NCBI RefSeq assembly: GCF_002113885.1
Contig: NW_018404135.1
Span: forward strand, 76,122-140,121
DNA length: 64,000 nucleotides
Source of the DNA: Mizuhopecten yessoensis
Lineage: Eukaryota
Direction of reading: 5' to 3'
Made by a program: the position numbers and the translations under genes
The notes under the pieces: generated by a model
Told to the model about the DNA's origin: nothing
What the model saw: the letters and a program-made list of their open reading frames with translations, nothing else
Databases searched by the model: none
Shown: in pieces, positions 35,865 through 48,884 of the stretch
How positions within the stretch are numbered: position 1 is the first letter of the stretch
Layout of the letters: the number at the start of each line of letters is the position of its first letter

Positions 35865-38531
35865 AAGATGGCGAGTACCACACTAAGATCATTATCACCA
35901 CGGACAATTTGACGAAAACCACACACAGATAAATATCAACAAAGAAAATGTGTCGAGTACAACACCCAGATCAATATCAACAAGGATAATGTATAGAGTA
36001 TCACACTCAGATCAATATCAACAAGGCCAATGTGGCGAATACCACACCCAGGTCAATATCAACAAGGACAATGTGGCGAGTATCACACTCATATCAATAT
36101 CAACAAGGAAGATGTGGCGAGTACCACACCCAGATCAATATCAACAAGGTCGATGTTGCGAGTACCACACCCAGATCAATATCAACAAGGACAATGTGGC
36201 GAGTATCACACTCAGATCAATATCAACAAGGAAGATGTGGCGAGTACAACACCCAGGTCAATATCAACAAGGACAATGTGGCGAGTATCACACTCATATC
36301 AATATCAACAAGGAAGATGTAGCGAGTACCACACCCAGATCAATATCAACAAGGACGATGTGGCGAGTACCACACCCAGGTCAATATCAAAAGGACGATG
36401 TGGCGGGTACCACACCCAGGTCAATATCAACAAGGTCGATGTGGCGAGTACCACACCCAGATCAATATCAACAAGGACAATGTGGCGAGTATCACACTCA
36501 GATCAATATCAACAAGGAAGATGTAGCGAGTACAACACCCAGATCAATATCAACAAGGACGATGTGGCTGGTACCACAACCAGGTCAATATCAACAAGGA
36601 CGATGTGGCGAGTACAACACCCAGGTCAATATCAAAAGGACGATGTGGCGAGTATCACACCCAGGTCAATATCAACAAGGACAATGTGGCGGGTACCACA
36701 CCCAGGTCAATATCAACAAGGACAATGTGGCGAGTATCACACCCAGGTCAATATCAACAAGGACAATGTGGCGAGGATCACACTCATATCAATATCAACA
36801 AGGACGATGTGGCGAGGACAACACCCAAGTCAATATCAACAAGGACGATGTGGCGAGGACAACACCCAAGTCAATATCAACAAGGACGATGTGGCGAGTA
36901 CAGCACCCAGGTCAATATCAACAAGGAGGATGTGGCGGGGACAACACCCAGGGCAATATCAACAAGGACGATGTGGCGAGTATCACACTCATATCAATAT
37001 CAACAAGGACGATGTGGCGAGTACAACACCCAGGTTAATATCAACAAGGACGATGTGGCGAGTACCACACCAAGGTCAATATCAACAAGGCCGATGTGGC
37101 GAGTATCACACCCAGGTCAATAGCAACAAGGACAATGTGGCGGGTACCACACCCAGGGCAATATCAACAAGGGCGATGTGGCGAGTACCACACCCAGGTC
37201 AATATCAACAAGGAGGATGTGGCGAGTACAGCGCCCAGGTCAATATCAACAAGGACGATGTGGCGAGTACCACACCAAGGTCAATATCAACAAGGGCGAT
37301 GTGGCGAGTACCACACCCAGATCAATATCAACAAGGACGATGTTGCGAGTATCACACCCAGATCAATATCAACAAGGACGATGTGGCGAGTACAATACCC
37401 AGGTCAATATCAACAAGGACGATTTGGCGAGTACAGCACCCATGTCAATATCAACAAGGAGGATGTGACGAGTACCACACCCAGGTCAATATCAACAAGG
37501 ACGATGTGACGAGTACAGCAACCAGGTCAATATCAACAAGGACGATGTGGCGAGTACCACACCCAGGTAAATATCAACAAGGACGATTTGGCGATTACAA
37601 CACCCAGGTCAATAGCAACAAGGACGATGTGGCGATTACAACACCCAGGTCAATAGCAACAAGGACGATATGGCAAGTACCACACACGGACATTTTCAAC
37701 AAGGCCAATGGGCGAGTACCACACTCGAATCAATATCACCAAGGTCAATGGGGCGAGTACCACACTAAGATCATTATCACCAAGTACAATGCGGCAAGTA
37801 AAACACACAACACCCAGGTCAATAGCAACAAGGACGATATGGCAAGTACCACACACGGACATTTTCAACAAGGCCAATGGGCGAGTACCACACTCGAATC
37901 AATATCACCAAGGTCAATGGGGCGAGTACCACACTAAGATCATTATCACCAAGTACAATGCGGCAAGTATAACACACAACACCAAGAGCAATATCACTAA
38001 GGTCAAAATTGCAAGTATCAAACACGAATCAGTATCAAGGACAATGCGGCGGGTACAACACCCAGGTAAATATCGCGAACGACAATATGGCGAGTACCGC
38101 ACTCAGATAGATTAATATTACCAAGGACAATGCAGCGACCAACACCAAGATCACTATCGCAAACTACAATTTGACAAGTACCACACTCATATTAATCTTA
38201 CCAATGACAATATAGCTAGTACCATACACAGGTCAGTTTCACAAGGACAAAGTGGCGAGTACCACACTCAGATCATTATCACCAAGTACAATGTGGCGAG
38301 TACCTCACACAACACCACTAAAAAGTAATATCGCAAGTATCAAGCACAGATCAGTATCAATGACAATGTGACAAGTACCGCACCCAGATTGATATCACCA
38401 AGGACAATGTGGCGAGTACTACACACAGATCAGTATCAAGGACAATGTTTGTAGCGATTATCACACCCAGATCATTATCACCAGGAACAATATGGCAAGT
38501 TCAACACCCATATCATTATCAAGGACAATGT
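35865..38531. repeat. 41-bp minisatellite array I (CAATATCAACAAGGACGATGTGGCGAGTACCACACCCAGGT); core 35930-37680, degenerate margins
   Basis: Unit read directly; the same 41-aa (3-unit) peptide is translated in all three plus frames. Confidence 0.97.
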
Positions 38532-38789
38532 TAATATTAGCACCCTGTTATGTTAAGACAATGTTGTATTGTATTTGATATGCTGTCTTCGTTAATTTAG
38601 AACTATTTCACTCGTTACTGGACTTATTCCTCCAATATAGCTCTAAGAAATAGGTTGAGGTGCAGAACAAATAGAACAAGACATTAATAAATTAAGTATA
38701 CTAAGACGAGTTTTCGTGGTTTGTCATATATCTTAGTCCATTTATTTATAAATTTTGTTGATATTAATACGAACATATTGCAGCCTCCA

Positions 38790-38893
38790 AAATCACACAC
38801 GCATACACTACACACATGCATCTTGTACACAGGAGAGGCCGTACTTAAATGACCATAACTGTTGATAGGACGTTAAGCAATACTAAACCAAAC
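38790..38893 (+). mobile_element. 3' tail fragment of a Meta-domain-type SINE
   Basis: (CA)-rich stretch then AAATGACCATAACTGTTGATAGGACGTTAAGCAATACTAAACCAAAC, similar to the tail at 39715-39770. Confidence 0.6.
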
Positions 38894-38917
38894 GTCAGTA
38901 CTACATTTACCTTCGCA

Positions 38918-39270
38918 TAATCTTGACCTGGATTGACAATATATTCAGATATATTTCATTATCGGCCATACTAAATAACTAATGACTTATAACTTAACTA
39001 TAAAAATCAGATCATTATAACGAAGGTATCGTAAAATATTAGATAGATTGTTTACAATGGCTGACCTAACTACGATAAATGTGTTTTCACTCGTCCATTC
39101 CTGTCTATTGTCGCCCCATTTTACGACATCCAAACCAATGGCGTGAGTAACGATTGTATCGTTCTGTTACAACAGACAAGGATGTATTTATAAGTTCTCA
39201 GATTAACAATGATAGCCAACATCTTCATCAGTAATAGTACTTTGGGATCAAAAAGCAATACACATGCTTT
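38918..39270. repeat. Unclassified interspersed repeat, copy 2
   Basis: Colinear similarity to 34908-35290. Confidence 0.8.
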
Positions 39271-39770
39271 TACCCACTGCATGTATCGTAAGAGGTGGCT
39301 AATATGGGAATCTCCTGCATAATTGGGGATTTGCCTTTGTGCCACTTACATGGGGACACAAACACGACCAAAATAGATATGTTGCACCCATTGCAATATA
39401 TGGGATCTTTATATTTCTCTCTACTTCTTACTTCATTATATTTCCTAGCGTCTTGCCTAGCAGTAACTCATTTTTGTGTTGAACGTTCGCCCAGGTGAGG
39501 AAAACATGGGTTCTGTCTCAACAACTGGTTCACCCGTTGTCAGTATAATGTGATCGGGCGGAATGCTGTGCTTAGTTCCATCGGCATGGTATTTCAGTGA
39601 GATAGCACTATAAAATCGGAATCAGAACCGCGCTATCACATGGCGGCAAATACACCAACATACCCTGTCTTCGGCACACATGCACACAGGCACGCTTATA
39701 CACGTGGACGCATGTCCTAAAATGATCTTAGATGTCGGTAGGACGTTAAGTAAGATAAAACCGAACCAAA
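39270..39770 (+). mobile_element. Composite SINE: RTE-5'-like head, box-B-like motif, Meta/MESC-type domain, (CA)n and tail
   Basis: CCCACTGCATGTATCGTAAGAGGTGGCTAA head; GGGTTCTGTCTC; ACTGGTTCACCCGTTGTCAGTATAATGTGA...GGCATGGTATTTCAGTGAGATAGCACTATAAA; tail GGACGTTAA..AAACC. Confidence 0.7.
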
Positions 39771-40559
39771 TCTCTAAGGCAATTGTTATGACCACTTGAA
39801 TTTTATTGTTCGTGGATGGCTGGTGACTCGCTTGTGATATGCATCGTCTTACGTGCGATTAAAGTGCCGCGTTGATTCAGCAACATAATTGTTATTGCAT
39901 TGGCTACATCTGTTATGGTATATGATCCTGCAATTGTCAACGATTTGTCCTTGACTTGTGTAAGCTTTTGTTGAAGGAATTGTATTGTTCATTGGATATG
40001 TTCACTCCAAGTATTTGAAAACTCATTGTAGTATTCATTGTATGGAATTCCAATGTTGATGCTCTTCCCTCTGTTTTCCATAGGTATTTTTCGTTTTCCT
40101 GAAACATTTAAACATCACCTCAGGTTACACAAACGTTCATGACTTTAGTTTGTTCTCCAGCTTACTCCTTGCCCAATAGATTCATAGCCAAGTTCTCTCT
40201 TCCTGTTCTCTTGATGCCTTTAGATAGCTTATTTTACTTAATCATTTAGCGTTTTCTTATTTCAAGCCCTATACAAACCCTTGAGGGAGAACATACACAC
40301 ACATATAGAAATATAGTTTAAACATAATATGTATAAAGAAGATATGATAAATGGTACATATCTATATGTTCAGATAAATAGACGAAAATAAAAATTGGGT
40401 AGAATATTGGTGCATATACGCCGACATTAACATTTAGAATCTAAATGCAGTGTTTGATTGGAGGCACATCAAAAGTTACTGTCACTACAGACAGTGCCAT
40501 GCTAACCAATTACACCTGATTAGTGTGAATGATATAGAAATAAGTAACTTACAATACGG

Positions 40560-42445
40560 TATAGATTAAAATCATCCAGATTTTCAATATATTCGAGAAC
40601 ACAAGAGAGAGAATAACTTGATTTGATTCAATGCTAAGGTTCATGTCTCCCTTAGTGAGAATATTAGTAGCAACGATCATATTGTCAATTTCGTAAGTAA
40701 ATGTAATAAGACTTGCCCTTCCTTTATATATCTTGGGCAATTGAAAAAGAAGTGACTTGCATCTTCATTATAATTACCACAAGCGCAATTTAGGTTATCG
40801 GAAAGATGTAACTTATATATATCTAAATAAAGCTGAATGACATTATTCCGTAGTTGACATGATACTATATGTACCTTCCTGAAGCCACCATATTTGAAAT
40901 ACATATCTGAACAATTAGATGGTAATACGATAGCATAGATAATACCATAGTAAATTCAACTGACTGACATTATTCTATTCCATAGTTGACACAATATCAT
41001 ATTTAACTTCCTGAAGCCAGCATATTCGAAATAAATATCTGAACAATTAGATAGTAATAATATCATTGTACCTTGCTTAGATAGTTCCTGCTTCAACTGT
41101 GACAATAAAGTGAGTTGTTGAAACAGTCTGTCTTGTACCATAAAGACAATAATTTAAGAAAAAACGTTTTTTTGTATAGGTTGGTTCTACATAGAGGAGT
41201 TATAAACATTATTTGATCTCTAAGGCGAGGATTAGTATCATGCTTAATATATGGTATAATGCGTTCATCTAGATGATCAGGACAATGCGTTCATATAGAT
41301 GATCTGGACAGACATGCTATGGCATAATACGTGATTATCTTAATGCTAGTGTATTGAAACAAACTTCATTATATATATAGTTATGACTTGTTCCTCCCCT
41401 CAAACCTGATATTATTCTGACACATTTTCATTGAACTGATTCCAGTAGATCACATTCCCCCAGAGTGCAACTATTCCAGACAACACTAGCGTATACAAGG
41501 GTAAGTCTTATAAAAGACATATAAATTATTTCCAGAGACTTTCTATCAGTTCATTTTTGAGCATTTGCGTTATTTTTTTTAAAACTTTTCTTCATACATA
41601 TAATCAACATGGTCTGATCATTACCCACGAATGTTAAAAAACAAACCAAGATGTGTATAATCTTTAAATTGATAACAGAATTATTAGAAAACAAACCAAG
41701 ATGTGTATAATCTTTAAATTGATAACGGAATTATTAGAAAAAGACAAATCAGGGTAAGCTGTCTCAGAATAATTTTTGTTGAATATATGTAATGATTCTG
41801 TTTTAATAGGATTAAACATTATCCCCATTTAGCTGCCAAGATAGACATTTTCCTAAAATCTGTGAATCTGCAGCGTACCTATCATGGTAATGTATCAAAA
41901 CATAAAGAGATGTGTCATCAGCAAAGAGTTCGACATGTGTCATCAGCAAAGAGTTTGACATGTCATCAGCAAAGAGTTTGAAACGTGTCATCAGCAAATA
42001 GTTTGACATGTGTCATCAGCAAATAGTTTGACATGTGTCATTAGCAAAGAGTTTGACATGTGTCATCAGCAAAGAGTTTGACATGTGCCATCAGCAAAGA
42101 GTTTGACATGTGTCATCAGCAAAGAGTTTTACATGTGTCATCAGCAAAGAGTTCGACATGTGTCATCAGCAAAGAGTTTGAAACGTGTCATCAGCAAATA
42201 GTTTGACATGTGTCATTAGCAAAGAGTTTGACATGTGTCATCAGCAAAGAGTTTGACATGTGTCATCAGTTTGACATGGGTGTGGGGATCATCTTCTGAG
42301 TGATTAATGTACATTACAAATAAGTATAGAACCGAGCCCTCGGTTACACCAGCTTTCAATGTTTGCAAACTAGACTTAAAACCAAGTCTTACGACTCTTT
42401 GTTGACTATTAATTAGAAAACACTGGATCCATTTATTAAAAGAGA
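40560..42445 (-). mobile_element. Old degraded CR1/L2-type LINE (family 4) with internal duplications
   Basis: Minus-strand pieces in LINE order: LKAGVTEGSVL.LFVMYIN (about 42300-42360), LFADDTSLYV (about 41900), HLG, VVWNSC, CQLRN (present twice, 40840-41070), CACG..HFFFNCP. Confidence 0.88.
41910..42279. repeat. 25-bp minisatellite J (ATGTGTCATCAGCAAAGAGTTTGAC), about 15 copies, derived from the LINE RT catalytic motif
   Basis: Reverse complement GTC AAA CTC TTT GCT GAT GAC ACA T translates VKLFADDT; it lies between the GVxxGSVL and SLYV motifs. Confidence 0.95.
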
Positions 42446-43959
42446 AGCATCATTGTCAGACATATTGTGCATGTTCATAATGGACTTTGCAACCCGCCAT
42501 CACTTGCCTGGAAGAATAGATTTAATAGTTTTGCTTGGCTTCTCTACTAGATCAATAACTTTATTTCGCATACCTCTTAGTTTCTAAAAAGCTGCAGTAA
42601 CATTTATATTTTAATCCCTTGAATGTTGACGATTTCTTTTCCGAAAGATTAATCGAATATCTGAATATATTCAGACTTTATCATTTGAAGGAATAGTGAC
42701 AACTTTATGTGATACTCATTTTTCAATACAATTATGAATATCACCTAAAATCAAATCAAATTTACTAAGGCAAATATCTCAATCAATGTCAATAGAATAA
42801 TATTTTGAATAATGATTTTATTAATGAAATCTGTAGATGAGTATTTGTGAGGCACATGATGTCATGATCAGTCAGTTTTGCCTCTAAGATATATTTAAAC
42901 GTCATGAAGACTGTGCTTGTTTCCCATATTAACTGGAGGACCTGTATTAGTATGGATATCCATACACAGTAAAAGAAGTCCTGGGTAGATATAGCACAAA
43001 CAAAACGTTCATATGTAATATTTTTTGTTGCACATCAACCCTACCACACACTTGGTACAGCAAGTTCTTGACCATTATCAAATAGTGATGCTATATATGA
43101 GGCTAGCAATTGTATGTGGTAGCAGCCATGAGGCACAACAACAATATAAACAAAATCAAGCCTCGGTTCCAGGGAAATTATCAGTAATGAAATGGAAACA
43201 AGTATGAATGCATAAACTATATTAGATGACAGATCACTATCAATGTATAGTCTCCATGTTTGGTATTGGTTTGAAATGATGACGTTATAACAAATGCATA
43301 CGTATATACAGTATAGACAGGCAAAGGAAAACACTGACTGACTTGCACATATTTTGTCTTCTTTCCATTATCTATAGGACACCCATTTATCAATTGCTCT
43401 ATTCACAAGACATCCAAACATTCAACCGATTAAGATTATACGACGTTTCCCATTACTGTGGTTTACACGAACTAATAGCCGACGACAATGGGTGATATAT
43501 CATGGTTCCGAACAGGTTTAGGGTTAGGTAGGTACAGTCAATTAATGGTAGAATTCATTAAAAAACAAACCACCACGTATAGCTACCATGATCAGCCAGC
43601 ATATATATTTATTATTGTAATATATACTGAATTAAGTATCAAACATGCTCATATATAATTCTTTACCTTTCTTTACATTCATCAAACTGTGTCATCGACA
43701 TGTACACAGATGGTTTCAGCTTTACTAATCACTTACGAATTTAACATGAATCATGTCATCAGTGCAATGCACAAACTGATTTGCTGTCTATTGCTGTTTA
43801 TTACTTTCCGTTAATTTTGGCGCTCCTCTACAACTGATGTTATGTTACTATATTTAGTAATATGAGCGTCGATTAGTTACCAACTCACTTCCCACCCCAC
43901 CCCTACCCCCGCTCGACCACTGTTGGTTGGATGTTCAGTTGTTGCCATTTTCCTTAATG

Positions 43960-44280
43960 CTTAAAGATTGCTATGTCCGGTCAGGGGACAGAACCCATTG
44001 ATTTCCCTCAACCTGGGCTAACGTTTAACATGAAAGTCAAAGGTAAGGTACTGCTAGGAAATAAACAGTAGTTAGAAGTATAGACAAATATAAAGGTCCA
44101 AAGAATCGCAATGGGCGTAGCAGATTTATTTTGGTCGTTTTGTGTCCCCAAGTAGAGGGCTTAAAATACCAATCCCCAGTTCTGTAGGGGGTTCCAACAT
44201 TAGCTGCCTCTTACGAACATGCAGTGGGCACTAGTAGGTGTATTCTGTTCTCGTTCCCTAACCTGCAGAGTGTTGACCAA
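43960..44280 (-). mobile_element. Second, partial copy of the composite SINE at 39270
   Basis: Reverse complement shares CCCACTGCATGT.CGTAAGAGG..GCTAAT, TGGGGACACAAA(C)ACGACCAAAATA, TTTCCTAGC, AACGTT.GCCCAGGT and ATGGGTTCTGTC. Confidence 0.8.
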
Positions 44281-45329
44281 TGTAGATGACGTTGTGTTGC
44301 TTTTAGATATCACGTGTTGTCAGACCTTTTGTAATTCATCTTGTTTATGTAGCTTTATTGTAGATACAATTTGATTTAGCATTTTTTCTTTCTTATCGAT
44401 CAATATATTTTGGAAAAATATTGCCGAGCCGTCTTCTGTTATAATGGTAAACACGTCTTGGATTCCTTTAATTCGACAGACGGACAGCTCTAGAAAATAA
44501 ACGAAGAAAAGATAAATTCCAAGACACCTATGCCAAGTAAATCTGCAATGTACCGAATGAGGTTAGAGAAAGGCGATGCTATTTCAATTATAATGTTGTT
44601 AATTTAGACGATACACCGATCTGTTATCGAGAACTCTTATCAGGTCAGTTAATCCGAAAAACACGTGTCGTGTCAGAGAACACATGTATGTGAATTAGCA
44701 TGATTAATTACCCATCGGTACTGCAACACTGTGATAGAGGCAGAGAGACCTACACAACTGTAACGGGCTATCACACTCTTCATTCTGTACTCTTCTGCCT
44801 CATACATGAGAGATATGCATGCTCTTCCGGTTGCTTGGGAATTTAATGCATTTTAATACAAGAACTAAGTCTAAATTTATTTCAGAGAAACATTCTGGGA
44901 TTGGTATACAAATATATGTCTTTTATATCTTTAATCAAGACATGTCAGTATATACGAATCAGATGCAAGAGAAATGTTCGAAAATACCTACTAGTCCAAG
45001 ATCATTCTGTCCAAGGTCACGGTGGCAATAAAAACACACTAAGTTATCTATAAACAAGATGCTCGAGCAGATTAAAGAGGGAGCCAGGTGGCCCTCCCAA
45101 CCAATGAAGCGTGACCCTACCTGTGCCGAGCTACGTAATTGGCTGATAAATGCGGGCAACCTCTAGTTTCGTGAGGGGCATGCTTAACCGCAATCCGTTC
45201 AAAATATAGTACCTGTTTATAGTTGAGATCTAGAACTCGTAATAAATGTGTTTTTGATGTTATTGACATCCCTTCTACATAAATGCCCCGGGGATACCTA
45301 CTAATTGCAGGCAAACAAACAAAGTTATA

Positions 45330-45907
45330 GGGCTCGTGACGTCGCTGAATGACGGTCGGGGCACGGCACTTGGTAGCGAGTTTCGGATTGATTCACTTCA
45401 GTCGCCACGGACACCGATCCGAGCGAGTATTACCCGAGAGCGTCTTTTTCTCTCGTGGCGGATCTCGCCAGTCACGTCCGTGTCTTGGGGTTATAATTAC
45501 GTCCCAGTGCCGTTTTAGCTGTGCCTCCTCAAAGACTACTGATCTGTAGCAATGCTCGGTGGTTATGATTTAGACAGCGATATAAGGAAATAACTTCATG
45601 TTGTACAATTTGTAACATCAGAAAGGCCGAGATCACTCACCTTTGTACATTTTTTTAGCTCTGAAGAAATCCATTTTTATTTTGACATGTCGTATGATTA
45701 CTTTTTGACCTGTGGTCGCCAGTGTTTAAGACGGTAATTCTTTACCGAGCGGAAATGTAAATGAATGGAAATGTGAGGGAGCATTACACCGTTATGTTAC
45801 GTACAGTATGTTAAGTACGGGACGAACATGTAAGTGCCGCGCATTACTACTTACGATGTAAGAGTTACTACGCACAGCCCTGTATCAGCGGGCCGGCGGA
45901 GGTAAGT
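45330..45907 (+). promoter_or_regulatory. Candidate promoter and non-coding first exon
   Basis: Locally GC/CpG-richer unique sequence; CRE-like TGACGTC (45337), initiator-like TCAGT (45398), consensus donor GAG/GTAAGT (intron starting 45902). Inference only. Confidence 0.3.
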
Positions 45908-46589
45908 CGACATACTTTATATCACTAGTGCTCAAAATATATAACACTTTGTAATGCATTGTTCCATTCAAATAAGACTTAAGTTCATTATAATTTTGTT
46001 TGTAAATAATTATTTATGTATATTGGTATATTTCATGATGTGGTTATCATAGACTTACATAATGAAAGCAGCTTTAAAATAATTGTATATCCCGTTTCTT
46101 TTCAAGTCTGATAAAGATACCATCATTATGCATCGACGCTCTTTCCATTCGAAACGACAGTAATTAAAATGTTGGGCTGAAATTAATCTATGGCATCCCG
46201 TGTTTGTAATAGTAGAACTACACGTGTCACGTACAGTCAGCATCTAGGTCATAAGACGTGGACAACTGTATACCAGTCACGTGAGGCGTACTTTGATGAT
46301 CTGATAACGTATCATGTTAAGTTGTTTTTAAATGTGTTCTACCTGAAACGTCCGGCGTCTTACAGTAATGGACAGGTAAAAAGGGAAGGTGAAAAGACGA
46401 TGGTGGCATTGATATAGATGACTAATTGTAAAAGGTTTTATTATAGAGAGAAATATCGTTTTGATGTTGATGAGGCGAATGTTTTTTAACAAATCAACGA
46501 GGTTTAGTGCAGTTCATGGTGTGTTAAATATTTTCAAATCTCACAAAAGATCTTCACTCACACAATATTGGCATCGACAACCTGTGTAA

Positions 46590-47560
46590 GTCTGTCCGTT
46601 ACTCATCGGGATATAACTGATATATTTGTAACTTTTCATTTTTGGAGGAAATAAAGGAAATAATAATAATAATAGGGATATAACTGTACAACCCGTCTAA
46701 TATATTTGTATAAAGAGACGTTTTATGTCCATCCGTTACTTGTAGTGATATAACTGTACAACCGTCTCATATACATGTATGCTAGGGTCTGTTTAAGTCC
46801 GTCCGTTTCACTTATTGGGATATAACTATACAACCGTCTCGTATGTATATAAAAGTGGTTGTTTATGTCCGTCCGTTATACTAAAGGGGGTGTAACGGTA
46901 CGACCGGCCTCATATATATTTGTACAACAGAGCCTGATTATGTCTGTCCGTTACTCACAGGGATAATATTGTACACCGTGTCCCATATATATGTACAACA
47001 GAGCCTGTTTATGTCCTTCCGTTACTCATAGGGATAATAATGTACACCTTGTCTCATATATATGTACAACAGGGACTGTTTATGTCCGCCCGTTACTCAT
47101 AGGGATAATATTGTACACCGTGTCTCATATATATGTTTAACAGTGACTGTTTATGTCCGTTCGTTACTCATAGGGATAATATTATACACCTTGTCTCATA
47201 TATATGTACAACAGAGCCTGTTTATGTCCGTCCGTTACTCATAGGGATAATATTGTACACCTTGTCCCATATATATGTACAACAGAGCCTGTTTATGTCC
47301 GCCCGTTACTCATAGGGATAATATTGTACACCTTGTCCCATATATATGTTTTACAGGGACTGTTTTTGTCTGACCCTTATGCATGACCTTATAAGTAATA
47401 ACTGTATAACCCGTTCTCATATATTTTTTTGTATATTAGGGACTGTTTATGTCCGTCTGTTATTATCATAGGGACAGAACATTATTGACTATTTATGTCC
47501 GTCCGTTACTCATACTCATATAAGAATATAGCTGTACTACATTCTCATATATAGTATTTT
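46590..47560. repeat. 71-bp tandem repeat K; core 46913-47375 with about 6.5 copies and degenerate flanking units
   Basis: Repeat-derived ORF starts spaced 71 bp apart (47062, 47133, 47204); motif TTATGTCCGTCCGTTACTCATAGGGATAA. Confidence 0.94.
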
Positions 47561-48884
47561 ACATGAGTTTCAATGTCATATGAGATTGATGAAACGAGTC
47601 CAAGAATTGTCAGTCCGTTTCTCATAAATAAAAAAACCTAGTAAGATGTCTGTCGTCAGTCACCGTGAAAGTATCTTGAAAGTTTCTTTTTTAACCCCCC
47701 AGATAACATGTCAACAATCACTTTCACATAAATTATCGTTTTAAGATGAAACATTTCATTATTCCCTGATAATGAAGATACATTGCTATTCTTCCTATAA
47801 CAGCAAAGAACAGACAGGATTACCCTTTTACAACATTTTAAATTGCAACTATTTAAATGGCACCAATAATCTATCTGAAGATAATATAAGAATTTCTCCA
47901 AGAGAATTGGTGTTTGTGTATCAGAATCGGGAGATATGCCAGAATGTCAAATGTTATTTTTTTATGGAAAAAATGTTTCCAAACAAAAACAATGAATTGT
48001 TATAAAATTATTTTTCTGATATATATTGCTGATACATTGAACTATTATTTGCTAACTCAATGGCACATGTTTTGTTAAGAACGAAAATCAAAAGCGGAGA
48101 AAGATGGCCATCAAAGGAGAAGTCCTGCACTCCCCCAAATCAAGTTAACTTCCCAATGGCCACAGTCATTAGTTCAAAGGACGTTTTCTGTGCCTGTGAG
48201 GACCGCTAAAGCATAATTTATTAAATAAAATAACGAGATGTTGCATATTTTATTTTTGTTTTGCCGCTGACTTGTTTCAGTTTCATTTTTGTATTCTAGA
48301 TCTTTTTATGTTTTAAAACCTTATCAAAGAATATTTTCGGAGATGCACAGTTTCCACCGTTGTTACACAGTTTTTGAGAAATTCTGTCTAGTACAAAGAA
48401 ATAACAATTGTAGGGGATAGGTGCAAATAACGCTACCCGACACGAGGAGTGATTTAGGCTTTCGGCAGTGCTCACTTTCATTACCGAACCTTGTATTTCA
48501 TTAGATGTTGATCTAGAAAGCTTACATTACGTTTAATAGAAACACAGCGCGTTGCAGTCGACATTCATTCCGTACGCGTGCTGAAATGGTGGTTTAAATT
48601 AGTCACATAAATTCCCAGCACATATTTCAATATCCATACCCATGTAAAAGTAATGACATTTTTATTTGTGAAAGATAAGAAATTTGGAATAACGGACATT
48701 TGATTATACAGACTAGACTGCGTCCCGTGTAAGGATTTAGTTATTATAACTTATCAGGTAGATCACCAGACGCTCACGTGACGTCTTTAACCAAATCTGG
48801 AACTAAACGATTATCCTCGGTAAATCGTCCAACACGTTTTATACAACCGGACATAAGTAATAGTATAGTTTTGTAGTTTTGAAT

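Noticed and set aside
43514-43533. Telomere-like TTAGGG repeats
   Set aside because: Only about two imperfect units; not an interstitial telomere array.
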